The position numbers and the translations under genes were made by a program. The notes beneath the pieces are model-generated. The model made no database searches and was not told where the DNA came from. It worked only from the letters and a program-made list of their open reading frames with translations. Shown here piece by piece: positions 26,897 to 36,569 of a DNA stretch of 64,000 nt; within the stretch, counting starts at the first letter, position 1; the number at the start of each line of letters is the position of its first letter. The stretch is from a virus. Taxonomy: Duplodnaviria; Caudoviricetes. The stretch covers positions 32,001-96,000 of IMG/VR virus record IMGVR_UViG_3300042396_000691; one strand, given 5' to 3'.

Positions 26897-27535
26897 ATGT
26901 ATAGCAATACAATTATGGTTTTTGATTTTGAAACTGGATCTTTAGATATAAATAAGTGCGAAGTTATTCAAGTTGCAGCTATGGCAATAAACAGAAAAAC
27001 CCTTGAACCAATCAAAGATGGTATTTTTGAAACATTGATAAAGCCAAGAGATTTTAACAATCTTCAAGATGAAGCTCTTGCAATAAATAAAAAGACGAGA
27101 GAAGAATTGAAGCTTGCACCAAGCATTGATGCTGTTTGGAAAAAGCTTGCAGATTTTATTTCTATGTTTAATAACGGCAAAGGAAATATCTCTGCACCAA
27201 TTCCAGCAGGAAAAAACATAAGGCATTTTGATATGCCTATTTTTCAAAGGGTTTGCTCAGAGCTTGGCTATGTAGATAAGAATGGAAATCAAAATTTGTT
27301 AAATAGAAGGAACATGTATGACCTTGATGAAATAATGATGTTGTGGTTTGATAACACTACAGTAGTTCCAAATTACAAGATGGATACACTTAGAGACTTT
27401 TTTGGATTATCTAAGGCTAATGCTCATGATGCTTTAACCGATGTTTTGCAGACTTCTGATATTATTTTGCACTTTTTAAAGTTGCACAGAAGCATTTTTC
27501 CAAAGATTAAATTTAAAGATGCATTTAGAAAGTAA
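26897..27535 (+). CDS. DEDDh 3'-5' exonuclease (DnaQ/epsilon-like)
   Basis: ExoI VFDFETG, ExoII NIRHFD, ExoIII AHDALTD. Confidence 0.9.
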   Translation: MYSNTIMVFDFETGSLDINKCEVIQVAAMAINRKTLEPIKDGIFETLIKPRDFNNLQDEALAINKKTREELKLAPSIDAVWKKLADFISMFNNGKGNISAPIPAGKNIRHFDMPIFQRVCSELGYVDKNGNQNLLNRRNMYDLDEIMMLWFDNTTVVPNYKMDTLRDFFGLSKANAHDALTDVLQTSDIILHFLKLHRSIFPKIKFKDAFRK

Positions 27536-27537
27536 TT

Positions 27538-29160
27538 ATGAAATATTATAAGTTTGAATGTGGTTGTTCTTGGCCAATAATTGAAGAATCTAAGATAGAA
27601 GGTGCTTTACCCTTAATGGAAGTTGATCCATTAAAATTGCCATATTGTCAGTCAACTTGGGATTTATTTGCCAGAGGCGATACAAAAGGCGTATTCCAGC
27701 TTGAGTCAGATCTTGGTAAACAATGGAGTAAACGACTAAGGCCAAAGAACGCAGAACATTTGTCTGCTATTGGTGCATTGATTAGGCCAGGAACACTTCG
27801 TGCATTAGATGAAAACGGCATTAGTATGACCGCCCACTATTGCAAAAGAGCCAACTTTGAAGAACCAGTTGAGTCATATCATCCTGTTGTTGATGAAATT
27901 TTAAAATCAACATATGGATCATTGGTGTTTCAAGAACAGGCTATGGAGTTATCTAAGTCTGTCGCTGGCTTTACTCTGCAAGAAGCTGATAAGCTAAGAA
28001 AGGCTATGGGTAAAAAGCTTGCTAGTGAAATGGCAAAATGTAAAAAATTGTTTATTGAGGGTGCTAAAAAAGTTGAAGTTGTAAGCGAAAAACAGGCTGA
28101 AGAAATATTTAGTTGGATTGAACAAAGTCAAAGATACTCATTTAATAAAAGCCACAGTTGTTGTTATGGTTTAACTGGATACGATACTGCTTACTTAAAA
28201 AGTCATTTTCCAGTTCAGTTTTATTGCAGTTGGTTGTATTACGCAAAGGATAAGCTCGATTCTCAACTTGAGATAATGGATCTTGTTGAAGATGCAAGAA
28301 AGTTTAACATAGATGTTTTAGCACCAGATGCTTTTAAACTAAATAAAAATTTTGCAACCGATGGTTTAAATATATGGTTTGGTATCACTGATATTAAAGG
28401 CATTGGTGAATCACAATTCAATAAACTTAAAGCATCTATGGAAAAAAACAAAGATAAGTTAAATACTTGGGAAAATTTTGTAGTATTTTGTTCTGATGAA
28501 ATACCAAGTTCTACTATAATAAAACTAATATCTGTTGGTGGATTTAAAAGATATAATTCGTGTAGACAAAAACTTTTAGCGGAATATAATTCTTGGGTAC
28601 AGTTAACAGATAAAGAAAGAGAATGGATTAAAATTAATTTTACAGAATCTACTATGGCTGAATTAATATCTTCAGCAGCAAAACCAAAAAAGGAAAATGG
28701 TGGTTGCTCTAATCAAAATAGGGTTTTATTTTTAAAGGATTTGGCCAATTTGCTTATTAATCCACCATCTCCACACATTGATCTTCCTCAATGGCTAATT
28801 TGGGCAGAAAAAGATGCTTTAGGCATTTCTTTAACTTGTAATGCAATTGATTCATGCGATACTGCACAAGCCAATACCACATGTAAAGAATTTTTAAATG
28901 GAAAAACTGGTTTTATGATTTTTGGAGTGGAAATACGAAGATGCAAAGAAGTTATAACAAAAGCTGGCAAATCTCCAGGATCTAAAATGGCTTTTATGTC
29001 TATATCAGATTCAACTGGAAAAGTGGATGATGTAATATGTTTTCCAGACTCGTACAAAGATAGTTCGTCTTTGTTAAAAGAGGGCAATACTGTTTTAATT
29101 CATGGTGAAAAAAGCAGGGGTAGTGATTCTCTTTTAGTTAAAAAGGTTTTTCAAATTTAG
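27538..29160 (+). CDS. dnaE: DNA polymerase III alpha, C-terminal part (fingers, HhH, OB fold)
   Basis: GDTKGVFQLES, ALIRPG, TYGSLVFQEQ, ADKLRKAMGKK, YSFNKSHS, IKGIG, KMAFMSISDSTG. Confidence 0.93.
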   Translation: MKYYKFECGCSWPIIEESKIEGALPLMEVDPLKLPYCQSTWDLFARGDTKGVFQLESDLGKQWSKRLRPKNAEHLSAIGALIRPGTLRALDENGISMTAHYCKRANFEEPVESYHPVVDEILKSTYGSLVFQEQAMELSKSVAGFTLQEADKLRKAMGKKLASEMAKCKKLFIEGAKKVEVVSEKQAEEIFSWIEQSQRYSFNKSHSCCYGLTGYDTAYLKSHFPVQFYCSWLYYAKDKLDSQLEIMDLVEDARKFNIDVLAPDAFKLNKNFATDGLNIWFGITDIKGIGESQFNKLKASMEKNKDKLNTWENFVVFCSDEIPSSTIIKLISVGGFKRYNSCRQKLLAEYNSWVQLTDKEREWIKINFTESTMAELISSAAKPKKENGGCSNQNRVLFLKDLANLLINPPSPHIDLPQWLIWAEKDALGISLTCNAIDSCDTAQANTTCKEFLNGKTGFMIFGVEIRRCKEVITKAGKSPGSKMAFMSISDSTGKVDDVICFPDSYKDSSSLLKEGNTVLIHGEKSRGSDSLLVKKVFQI

Positions 29161-29168
29161 GAGCAGAA

Positions 29169-29540
29169 ATGAACATTTGTAGTTTTATGGGTCGTTTAAC
29201 TAGAGAACCAGAATATGTACAATTACAAAATGGAAAAAATGTAATAAATTTTTCTATGGCTGTTAGAAACCCAAATACTGGCAATAAAGATAAAGCAGAC
29301 ACAACATTTATTGATTGTGTAGCTTGGGAAGGAACCGCTGATTTAATAAACAAGTATTTTAAAAAAGGTTCTAGGATATTAGTCCATACATCTGCAAAAA
29401 CAGATAATTGGATTGATAAAGACACCGGAAAGAATAGGTATAAAATTAAATTTCTTGTACAAAAATTTTGGTATGTAGATCAAAAACAGGAAGATGCGTA
29501 TTCAAACATTGAAAATGTTGACGAAGAAGAAGTAATCTAA
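29169..29540 (+). CDS. ssb: single-stranded DNA-binding protein
   Basis: MGRLTREPE, FIDCVAW, YFKKGSRI; acidic C-terminal tail. Confidence 0.92.
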   Translation: MNICSFMGRLTREPEYVQLQNGKNVINFSMAVRNPNTGNKDKADTTFIDCVAWEGTADLINKYFKKGSRILVHTSAKTDNWIDKDTGKNRYKIKFLVQKFWYVDQKQEDAYSNIENVDEEEVI

Positions 29541-29541
29541 T

Positions 29542-31041
29542 ATGCAAAAAAGAAAAGTCCTTCTTGTTAGTGAAGCCTCTTATCTTAATTCTGGATATTC
29601 CAATTATGGTTTCCAGATAATGAAGAGGCTTTATGACACTAAGGACTTTGATCTTGCTGAAATAAGTTGTCATGGAAGCGACAGTAGATCAGATGAAATA
29701 CCTTGGAAAAGTTATGTTGTTCCAAAAAAGTCAAACATCTTTGGCGAAGATATATTAAATGATGTTTTAATAGATTTTAAACCAGATATAGTTTGGTCAT
29801 TTAGAGATCCTTGGGTAGATGAATTTATTGGCGATTCTGTATTAAGAAACAACTTTAAATGGGTCTACATGCCAACTGTTGATGCTTTGCCATTAGATGT
29901 TGATTGGGTTGATACTATAAGCAGAGCAGATCATGTTTTAACATACTCTGATTGGGCAGCAGAAGAACTTGCAAGTCTATATCCTAGTATAAACATTTTA
30001 GGTTCAGCATCTCCAGGATTTGACACCAACTTTAAACCTGTTGAAGATAAAATTAAATTTAAGAAACAACATGGAATAAATGAAGAATCATTAATTATTG
30101 GCTCTGTAATGAGGAACCAAAAAAGAAAACTTATTCCAGATCTTCTTGATGCATTTTCTGAGTTTTTAGATAAAGCACCAAAAGAAATTTCTGAAAAATG
30201 TTTTTTGTATCTTCATACAACTTATCCAGATGTTGGTTGGAATATACCTAGACTTATTGCAGAAAGACCAAAAATATCCAACAAGGTTCTTTTTTCTTAT
30301 AACTGCAACAACTGTTTTAAACTTTCAATCTCTTCTTTTTGTGGTGCGATTATACAATGTAATAATTGTAAACAGGTCAATTGTACATTTCCTAGAGTGT
30401 CAAAAGGCTCAAAAAGAGATGATATGGTTATGGTGTATAACCTTATGGATCTATATGTGCAATACTCTTGTGCAGAAGGTTTTGGTATGCCACTAGTTGA
30501 AGCAGCATCATGCGGTGTACCAGTTTGTGCTGTAGACTATAGTGCAATGACTGATATAGTTAAAAAACTAGAAGGTTATCCAATAAAAGTCCAAAGATAT
30601 ACATATGAGGTTGAAACAAATAGAAAGTTTGCTTTGCCAGACAATTCTAGTTTTAGTGATATTTGCATCGACTTTTTCAAAAAGCCATATCCTATAAGGA
30701 AAGCAATATCTAAAAAAACAAGAGATTTAGTTGTTAAAAATTATACATACGAAAAAACATTCGACAAAATTAAAAACATTTTCTATTCAATAGAACAAGA
30801 AAACAAATGGGATTTTCCTCCAAAGTTTGTTGAAATGCCAAAAGATTTTAAAGATTGCAACTCTAACAACGAGATCATTGAAAAGATTTTTAAAAAAATT
30901 CCAATAAATTTGGGTCATATTAAACAAAAGTGTTTATTTAAATTAAACAACAGAATGCATGATAAACAAAAGGTTTTAAAAGAACTTTCTTCAATATTTG
31001 ATTCTTATAACCATTATGAGTCTTTAAGGGTAAAAAAATGA
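29542..31041 (+). CDS. glycosyltransferase family 4 with internal Cys4 zinc-finger-like insert
   Basis: SGYSNYG, VMRNQKRK, EGFGMPLVEAASCGVP; insert CNNC...CNNC. Confidence 0.88.
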   Translation: MQKRKVLLVSEASYLNSGYSNYGFQIMKRLYDTKDFDLAEISCHGSDSRSDEIPWKSYVVPKKSNIFGEDILNDVLIDFKPDIVWSFRDPWVDEFIGDSVLRNNFKWVYMPTVDALPLDVDWVDTISRADHVLTYSDWAAEELASLYPSINILGSASPGFDTNFKPVEDKIKFKKQHGINEESLIIGSVMRNQKRKLIPDLLDAFSEFLDKAPKEISEKCFLYLHTTYPDVGWNIPRLIAERPKISNKVLFSYNCNNCFKLSISSFCGAIIQCNNCKQVNCTFPRVSKGSKRDDMVMVYNLMDLYVQYSCAEGFGMPLVEAASCGVPVCAVDYSAMTDIVKKLEGYPIKVQRYTYEVETNRKFALPDNSSFSDICIDFFKKPYPIRKAISKKTRDLVVKNYTYEKTFDKIKNIFYSIEQENKWDFPPKFVEMPKDFKDCNSNNEIIEKIFKKIPINLGHIKQKCLFKLNNRMHDKQKVLKELSSIFDSYNHYESLRVKK

Positions 31042-32168
31042 AGGTTCTTTATATAGGCGTTTATCGTGATGGAACAGGTTATGGTCAAGCAGCAGAAGAT
31101 TATATTCTTTCTTTAAATTCTGTTGGTGTTGATGTTGTTTGTAGACCTTTAAAACTTAATAATTTAGATTATGTTCCTAATCCAATAGTGGCTAAGCTTG
31201 AATCTAAAAGTTCAAAAAATTGTGACATTGTTATTCAACATATGTTGCCAATTCATATGCAGTACAATGGGGATTTTGACTACAACATTGGTCTTTTTGC
31301 TTATGAAACCAGCAACTTTAAAATGTCTGGATGGAAAAATTATTTAAACTTAATGGATGCTAATGTTGTAATAAATAAACAAATGATTGATTCTTGTTTG
31401 AGCAGTGGAGTAAATACGCCATTACATGTAGTTCCTCACGCTAGAGATTTTTCTAGATACATTGAAAAATATGAAAAACTTGAAACCATAACATCACAAG
31501 TTTCAGATTCTGACTTTATATTTTATACAATAGGTGAAACAACAAAGAGAAAAAACTTTTCTGCATTGTTAAAGGCTTATTTTACAGAGTTTTCTGAATC
31601 TGAGCCTGTTTGCCTATTGGTTAAAACCAATAATTCAACTTATGAATTTTATGATTATTGTGGAAAAATACTTGATGGCCTTTGTATAAAAAATCCACCA
31701 AAAGTTGTTACTATTACAGAAAGAATGTCAAACGAAGACATAAATAGACTTCATTATACATGTAATGCTTTTGTGCAACCGTCTTATGGTGAAGCTTGGG
31801 GTATACCAGCTTTTGATGCAATGGCTTTTGGTAAAACTCCAATTGTCACTAATTGCACTGGATATCTTGAATATATAGATGAATCTGTTGGTTGGTTAGT
31901 TAATGGTTTTGAGGAACCAGTATTTGCTGCTGATAAACAAACAGATGATATATATACATCTGGTGAAAATTGGTTTTCAGTAGATATACTGGATTTAAAG
32001 AGAAAGATGAGAGAGTGTTACGCAAAGGAAGGAATTAGGAGGTCAAAAGCTGCAAATGCTTTAGATCGTGCTTACGAATTCTCCCATGAAAAAGTGGGTT
32101 CAATCTTTCTTGAGGTATTAAAAAATGTCACAAAAGAAAAGAAAACAGAACTGGTTAGAAGAAGCTAA
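31038..32168 (+). CDS. glycosyltransferase family 4
   Basis: GTGYGQAA, RKN, SYGEAWGIPAFDAMAFGK. Confidence 0.88.
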   Translation: MKVLYIGVYRDGTGYGQAAEDYILSLNSVGVDVVCRPLKLNNLDYVPNPIVAKLESKSSKNCDIVIQHMLPIHMQYNGDFDYNIGLFAYETSNFKMSGWKNYLNLMDANVVINKQMIDSCLSSGVNTPLHVVPHARDFSRYIEKYEKLETITSQVSDSDFIFYTIGETTKRKNFSALLKAYFTEFSESEPVCLLVKTNNSTYEFYDYCGKILDGLCIKNPPKVVTITERMSNEDINRLHYTCNAFVQPSYGEAWGIPAFDAMAFGKTPIVTNCTGYLEYIDESVGWLVNGFEEPVFAADKQTDDIYTSGENWFSVDILDLKRKMRECYAKEGIRRSKAANALDRAYEFSHEKVGSIFLEVLKNVTKEKKTELVRRS

Positions 32169-32871
32169 TAATGTAGAATTAGAAAAAACTATTTCTTGGA
32201 GAGATGAAAGGGATAAGTCTGCTGATGAGCAAAAAGAAAGTGCCAATAGCAATAAATTAAAACCAAAAACAAAAAATCAAGAAACATATATGAATTCAGT
32301 ATACAGCAAAACAGTAACTATATGTTCTGGTGTTGCTGGAACAGGAAAAACATATATAGCTTGTGGAATAGCAGCAGAAATGCTTATTGATTTAAAGATA
32401 GAAAAAATAATTATTGCTAGACCTTTAGTTGAATGTGGTCAAAGACTTGGTGCGTTCCCTGGAGATTTAAAAGAAAAAACAGAACCATTTATGACAGCTA
32501 TGCTTGAAGTATTTGGTAAGTTTATGACCAAAACAAAAATGCGTAAAATAAAAACCGATGAAGTTTTGGAAATATGCCCATTGGAAATAATGAGGGGAAG
32601 AACATTCCATAACTCTGTAATTATTTTAGATGAAGCACAAAATGCTACTAGAAGACAATTAAAAATGTTTCTTACTAGATTTGGGCAAGAATCAAAGGTT
32701 ATTATTTGTGGCGATCATACTCAAACGGATTTACCGCATTCAGAAGGAAATACAATGAATTGGTTGCTTGATAGGCTTGACCACAATGATATTGGTAAGG
32801 TATTCTTGACATCTGAAGATGTTCAAAGACATGGCCTTATTAAATATATAATAGAACAGCTTGGTGAATAA
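32125..32871 (+). CDS. phoH: PhoH-family ATPase
   Basis: GVAGTGKT, ARPLVE, MRGRTF, ILDEAQN, CGDHTQTD, DVQRH. Confidence 0.95.
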   Translation: MSQKKRKQNWLEEANNVELEKTISWRDERDKSADEQKESANSNKLKPKTKNQETYMNSVYSKTVTICSGVAGTGKTYIACGIAAEMLIDLKIEKIIIARPLVECGQRLGAFPGDLKEKTEPFMTAMLEVFGKFMTKTKMRKIKTDEVLEICPLEIMRGRTFHNSVIILDEAQNATRRQLKMFLTRFGQESKVIICGDHTQTDLPHSEGNTMNWLLDRLDHNDIGKVFLTSEDVQRHGLIKYIIEQLGE

Positions 32872-33851
32872 TGCACCATAATGTTGATAACATATTAAGA
32901 TCTTCGACTAGAAAAACTGGTCAAAGACTTAACATTCTAACATTCTCTACCCATGAAAGATATCAGTCTAATATGGCTGATGTTAATGCAAACTTTTGGG
33001 TTATCAATAATTCTAAAATTAAAACTTGGAATTTAAATTTTTCAGATATTCCTAAAAATCATACTATGTTAAATAATGTCTCACTTTTAAGCGATATACC
33101 AAAATACATAGATTTTGATTTAATAATTTCTCAAAGCAAATTTGTGCAATTTAATTTAGCTCTTGAAATAGCAAAGTATTTAAGCATTCCACTTGTTTGC
33201 ATTGAGCACACTGAAATGTTTGAAGATAGAAAAAAATTTAAACATATGATTGGTGACACAAACATATTTATATCTGATTATTCTGCTAAAACATGGGAAG
33301 CAGATTATGCATATTATGTTATTGATCATGGAATAAACAGTTCTATATTTCACAACAAAAATATAAAAAGAGAAAATAAAGTATTAAGTATTGTAAACGA
33401 TTGGATAAATAGAGATTATGAATGTGGTTTTACACTTTGGAAAGAAGTAACAAAAGATCTTCCAGTTTATGTAGCTGGTGATACGCCCAACTTTTCTAAG
33501 CCAGCTAAAAATACAGAAGAACTTATTGACATCTATAACAGAAACTCTATATTTTTAAATACCTCTATACATAGTCCAGTTCCAACTACCTTGCTTGAAG
33601 CTATGTCTTGTGGGTGTTGTGTTGTTACCACTAAAAACGAAATGATAGAATCATTTATAGAAAATGGCAAAAATGGTTTTATTTCAAATGACAAAGACGA
33701 AATTAGAAAAAATTTAGAAGTTTGTTTAAAAAATCCAGACATGTGTAGAGAAATTGGAAAGAATGCTAGACAAACAATTATTGATAAATTTTCTTTGAGT
33801 GTATTTACGCAAAAATGGGATTATGTTTTAGGTAGATCTTTAGGTAAATAA
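32871..33851 (+). CDS. glycosyltransferase family 4
   Basis: FLNTS..SPVPTTLLEAMSCG, IENGKNGF, IGKNARQTI. Confidence 0.85.
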   Translation: MHHNVDNILRSSTRKTGQRLNILTFSTHERYQSNMADVNANFWVINNSKIKTWNLNFSDIPKNHTMLNNVSLLSDIPKYIDFDLIISQSKFVQFNLALEIAKYLSIPLVCIEHTEMFEDRKKFKHMIGDTNIFISDYSAKTWEADYAYYVIDHGINSSIFHNKNIKRENKVLSIVNDWINRDYECGFTLWKEVTKDLPVYVAGDTPNFSKPAKNTEELIDIYNRNSIFLNTSIHSPVPTTLLEAMSCGCCVVTTKNEMIESFIENGKNGFISNDKDEIRKNLEVCLKNPDMCREIGKNARQTIIDKFSLSVFTQKWDYVLGRSLGK

Positions 33852-33852
33852 A

Positions 33853-34323
33853 ATGAAAATAAACATTTGTTTTGGAAACTCAAACGAATATCTAAATGGA
33901 TATGTTAATACTAATTTTGTTAAAAATGATCAATTTGAAAATTGTCATCCTGAGAATTTAGATTCGATTATAGATGATGGCGAAGCAGATGAAATATTAG
34001 CTGTTAATGTTTTAAATTATATTGAATTTAACAAAACAAAAGATGTTTTAATTAATTGGTATAAAAAATTAAAATACGATGGTACAATTGTCATATCCTT
34101 TTTTGATTTTGTAGAGATATGTAGGGCTTTAACCTCTGGACAATTAGATGTTTTAGATGCAAAGAAACTTATTTATGGCGAGCAAAATGAAGGTTGGCAA
34201 TTTTTTAAGTCTGGATCTTCACTGATTGAATTAAAGAAGTTTTTTTTATCTATTGGTTCTAAGATAGAATATTGTAAAATAGACGGTTTTATTTCATATA
34301 TTAAAGTTAGGAGAGTTAAGTGA
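33853..34323 (+). CDS. class I SAM methyltransferase-like protein (possibly degenerate)
   Basis: KINICFG...GYVN...ADEILAVNVLNY...WYKKLKYDG resembles glyco-cluster Methyltransf_11-like proteins, but the glycine loop is eroded. Confidence 0.55.
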   Translation: MKINICFGNSNEYLNGYVNTNFVKNDQFENCHPENLDSIIDDGEADEILAVNVLNYIEFNKTKDVLINWYKKLKYDGTIVISFFDFVEICRALTSGQLDVLDAKKLIYGEQNEGWQFFKSGSSLIELKKFFLSIGSKIEYCKIDGFISYIKVRRVK

Positions 34324-35147
34324 GTAATTTGCACACAAGCTGTAAAAATTGTTTTTATGCAATTTATGAAGAGTCTGAAAAAACTCAAATTGGTTGTCAT
34401 TTTAATAAGTTGGAAAAACTTAAAGAAAACAATATTACAATAACAGAATCTTATGATGATGAAAAAGAATTTTTTGTTCTGGAAAAACATGCTTGTATGG
34501 CTCATAGAACTAAGTCATCTATGATTGCTGCTAATCAAGATGTTAAAGAAAGTATGAAACTAACTAGAAAACAAATGTCGCCCAAAATTGCTGCCGTTAT
34601 AAATGTATTCAATGAAAACATGGAAGATTTAAAGAAAACAATTCAGCAAATATCCGATCAAGATATTCAATTTTACGAAGTTATTTTTTGTGTTTCATCA
34701 GGTATAAAGCCATCAGAAATTATATCTATGATTCATAAATTAAACTGTACATTTAAATGGAATATAAAACAAATAATAGATGAATATTGGTTGGGATCTA
34801 GAGCAATAAATGTCTCTGTTCAAAATAGTAAATCTACATATTTTGCACTTTTTAATTGTGGATTTGATATACCCAAAGCTTTCGTTAAAGAGATTGATGA
34901 AGCTATTTGTGATCAGATGAAAAGATTCATTGTGCTTCATGGGGTTGATGAAGAAGGAAATGGCTCTGTTTATCAAACATATGCTTTTAATGCACTAAGG
35001 GGCAATGAAGAAGCTTTCATTGAGCAAGAAAATGATAAACCAGCACATACCTTTTTAGAAAAGTTGAATTATCTTGCAGTTCAAAGCGATTTGATGCACC
35101 TACTTAAGAAATGCGAAGAAGTATGTCCTTGCATGAAAAACCACTAA
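34320..35147 (+). CDS. hypothetical protein with Cys-rich N-terminus and GT-A-like C-terminal region
   Basis: CKNC...GC...C; EDLKKTIQQISDQDI..YEVIF resembles a GT2 N-terminal region without a clear DxD. Confidence 0.45.
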   Translation: MSNLHTSCKNCFYAIYEESEKTQIGCHFNKLEKLKENNITITESYDDEKEFFVLEKHACMAHRTKSSMIAANQDVKESMKLTRKQMSPKIAAVINVFNENMEDLKKTIQQISDQDIQFYEVIFCVSSGIKPSEIISMIHKLNCTFKWNIKQIIDEYWLGSRAINVSVQNSKSTYFALFNCGFDIPKAFVKEIDEAICDQMKRFIVLHGVDEEGNGSVYQTYAFNALRGNEEAFIEQENDKPAHTFLEKLNYLAVQSDLMHLLKKCEEVCPCMKNH

Positions 35148-35893
35148 TATCCATAGTAATACCAAATCACAATTATGGTAGATGGATAGAGGATGCTATT
35201 GATAGCGTTGTTTATGATGACTATTCTAATAAAAGAATAGTTGTTGTAGATGATGGTTCTATCGATGGATCAGCCAGAAAAGTTTATGGTCTTTTATCAG
35301 ATCCAAAAGCTTCTGAATCATCTGGAATATCTGGTATAACAGGCAAATATAAAAAAACAGATGTTGAAATAACACTAATAGCTTGTAATGAGTGCAGAGG
35401 ACCATCTGCTGCAAGAAACATAGGTATAAAGTTTTATTGGGAAAATACTGATGTTTATTCGTTTTTAGATTCTGATGATATGCACATAAGCGGAAAATTA
35501 AAAGAAAGCTTATATGCTTTAATTAGTGGATGGGGATCAATTGGTGCTGTATATTGCGATTATATAAATTTTGATTATGAAAACAATATAAGTTTTCAAC
35601 AGCACAAAGAAGCTTTTTGTTCTGAAAAAATATTACAAGAATGTATAATGCCATCGTGCAACTTAGTTCCTAAATATGTTTTTGAAAAAATAGGACTTTT
35701 TGATGAGACTATGCGTGTTGCAGAAGATTGGGATCTTTGGATAAGAATGTCTAAGCATTTTATTGCTTATCATATTCCAAAAAATTTTACAATCGTTAGG
35801 ACAGGAAGTTATAATTCTACCAATGTTGTTTCTGAGGAAGTTTGGTCTAAAAACTGGCGAAGAATATTAGAAAAAATAAAAAATGACAAATGA
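35123..35893 (+). CDS. glycosyltransferase family 2
   Basis: ISIVIPNHNYG, VVDDGSIDGS, GPSAARNIG, FLDSDD, AEDWDLWIR. Confidence 0.93.
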   Translation: MSLHEKPLISIVIPNHNYGRWIEDAIDSVVYDDYSNKRIVVVDDGSIDGSARKVYGLLSDPKASESSGISGITGKYKKTDVEITLIACNECRGPSAARNIGIKFYWENTDVYSFLDSDDMHISGKLKESLYALISGWGSIGAVYCDYINFDYENNISFQQHKEAFCSEKILQECIMPSCNLVPKYVFEKIGLFDETMRVAEDWDLWIRMSKHFIAYHIPKNFTIVRTGSYNSTNVVSEEVWSKNWRRILEKIKNDK

Positions 35894-36569
35894 TATATGT
35901 ATTATTATACCAGTTGCTGGTCTTGGCAAAAGAATGAAGGCATATGGCCCCAAAGCATCAATACGCATAGACAAAGAAGAAACAGTTTTAAGCAGACAAA
36001 TTAAAATTTTAAGAAACTTTTTTCCAAAATCAAAAATAATTGTAGTCTGTGGTTTTCAAAAAGAAAAAATATTTGAAATAGTTGACCAAGACATTGTTTG
36101 TGTTGAGAATAAAAGGTATAAAAGCTCCAATGTTTGTCTTTCAATTAAAATAGCATTGGATAAATGTCATTGCAAAAAGATTTTAATAGTCAATGGCGAT
36201 TTGGTTTTCACTGGTGAAATATTTAACACAATGCCAAAAAACTCATCTTGGATTGCTATTGATACAAACATAAATCAAAGGTCTTCTGAAGTTGGCGTTA
36301 ACATAGTAGAAGGCCAAATAACTAATTTCTGTTATGGCTTAAATCCCAAATGGGGCCAAATAGTTTGTTTAATAGGAAAAGAAATGGAGTTCTTTAAAAA
36401 GGTGGTTGTTCTAGAAAGGTCTGAAAAAAAATTCTCTTTTGAAATACTTAATGATGTGATAGATATGGGTGGTATTATAAAGCCACAAATAAACAAGAAG
36501 TGGAAGCTTGTTGAAATAGATACATCTAAAGATATAGCTAGAGCTAAAAAGCTTGTAAGGAGAATTTAA
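35883..36569 (+). CDS. nucleotidyltransferase (NTP_transferase/LicC-like)
   Basis: IIPVAGLGKRMKAYGPKA, IVNGDLVF, EIDTSKD. Confidence 0.85.
   Translation: MTNDICIIIPVAGLGKRMKAYGPKASIRIDKEETVLSRQIKILRNFFPKSKIIVVCGFQKEKIFEIVDQDIVCVENKRYKSSNVCLSIKIALDKCHCKKILIVNGDLVFTGEIFNTMPKNSSWIAIDTNINQRSSEVGVNIVEGQITNFCYGLNPKWGQIVCLIGKEMEFFKKVVVLERSEKKFSFEILNDVIDMGGIIKPQINKKWKLVEIDTSKDIARAKKLVRRI

Noticed and set aside
26560-27660. Split intein or self-splicing intron joining the dnaE halves
   Set aside because: No intein N-block after the N-half, no HN-C/S/T before the C-half, and the gap is filled by two coupled ORFs with no room for intron core structure.
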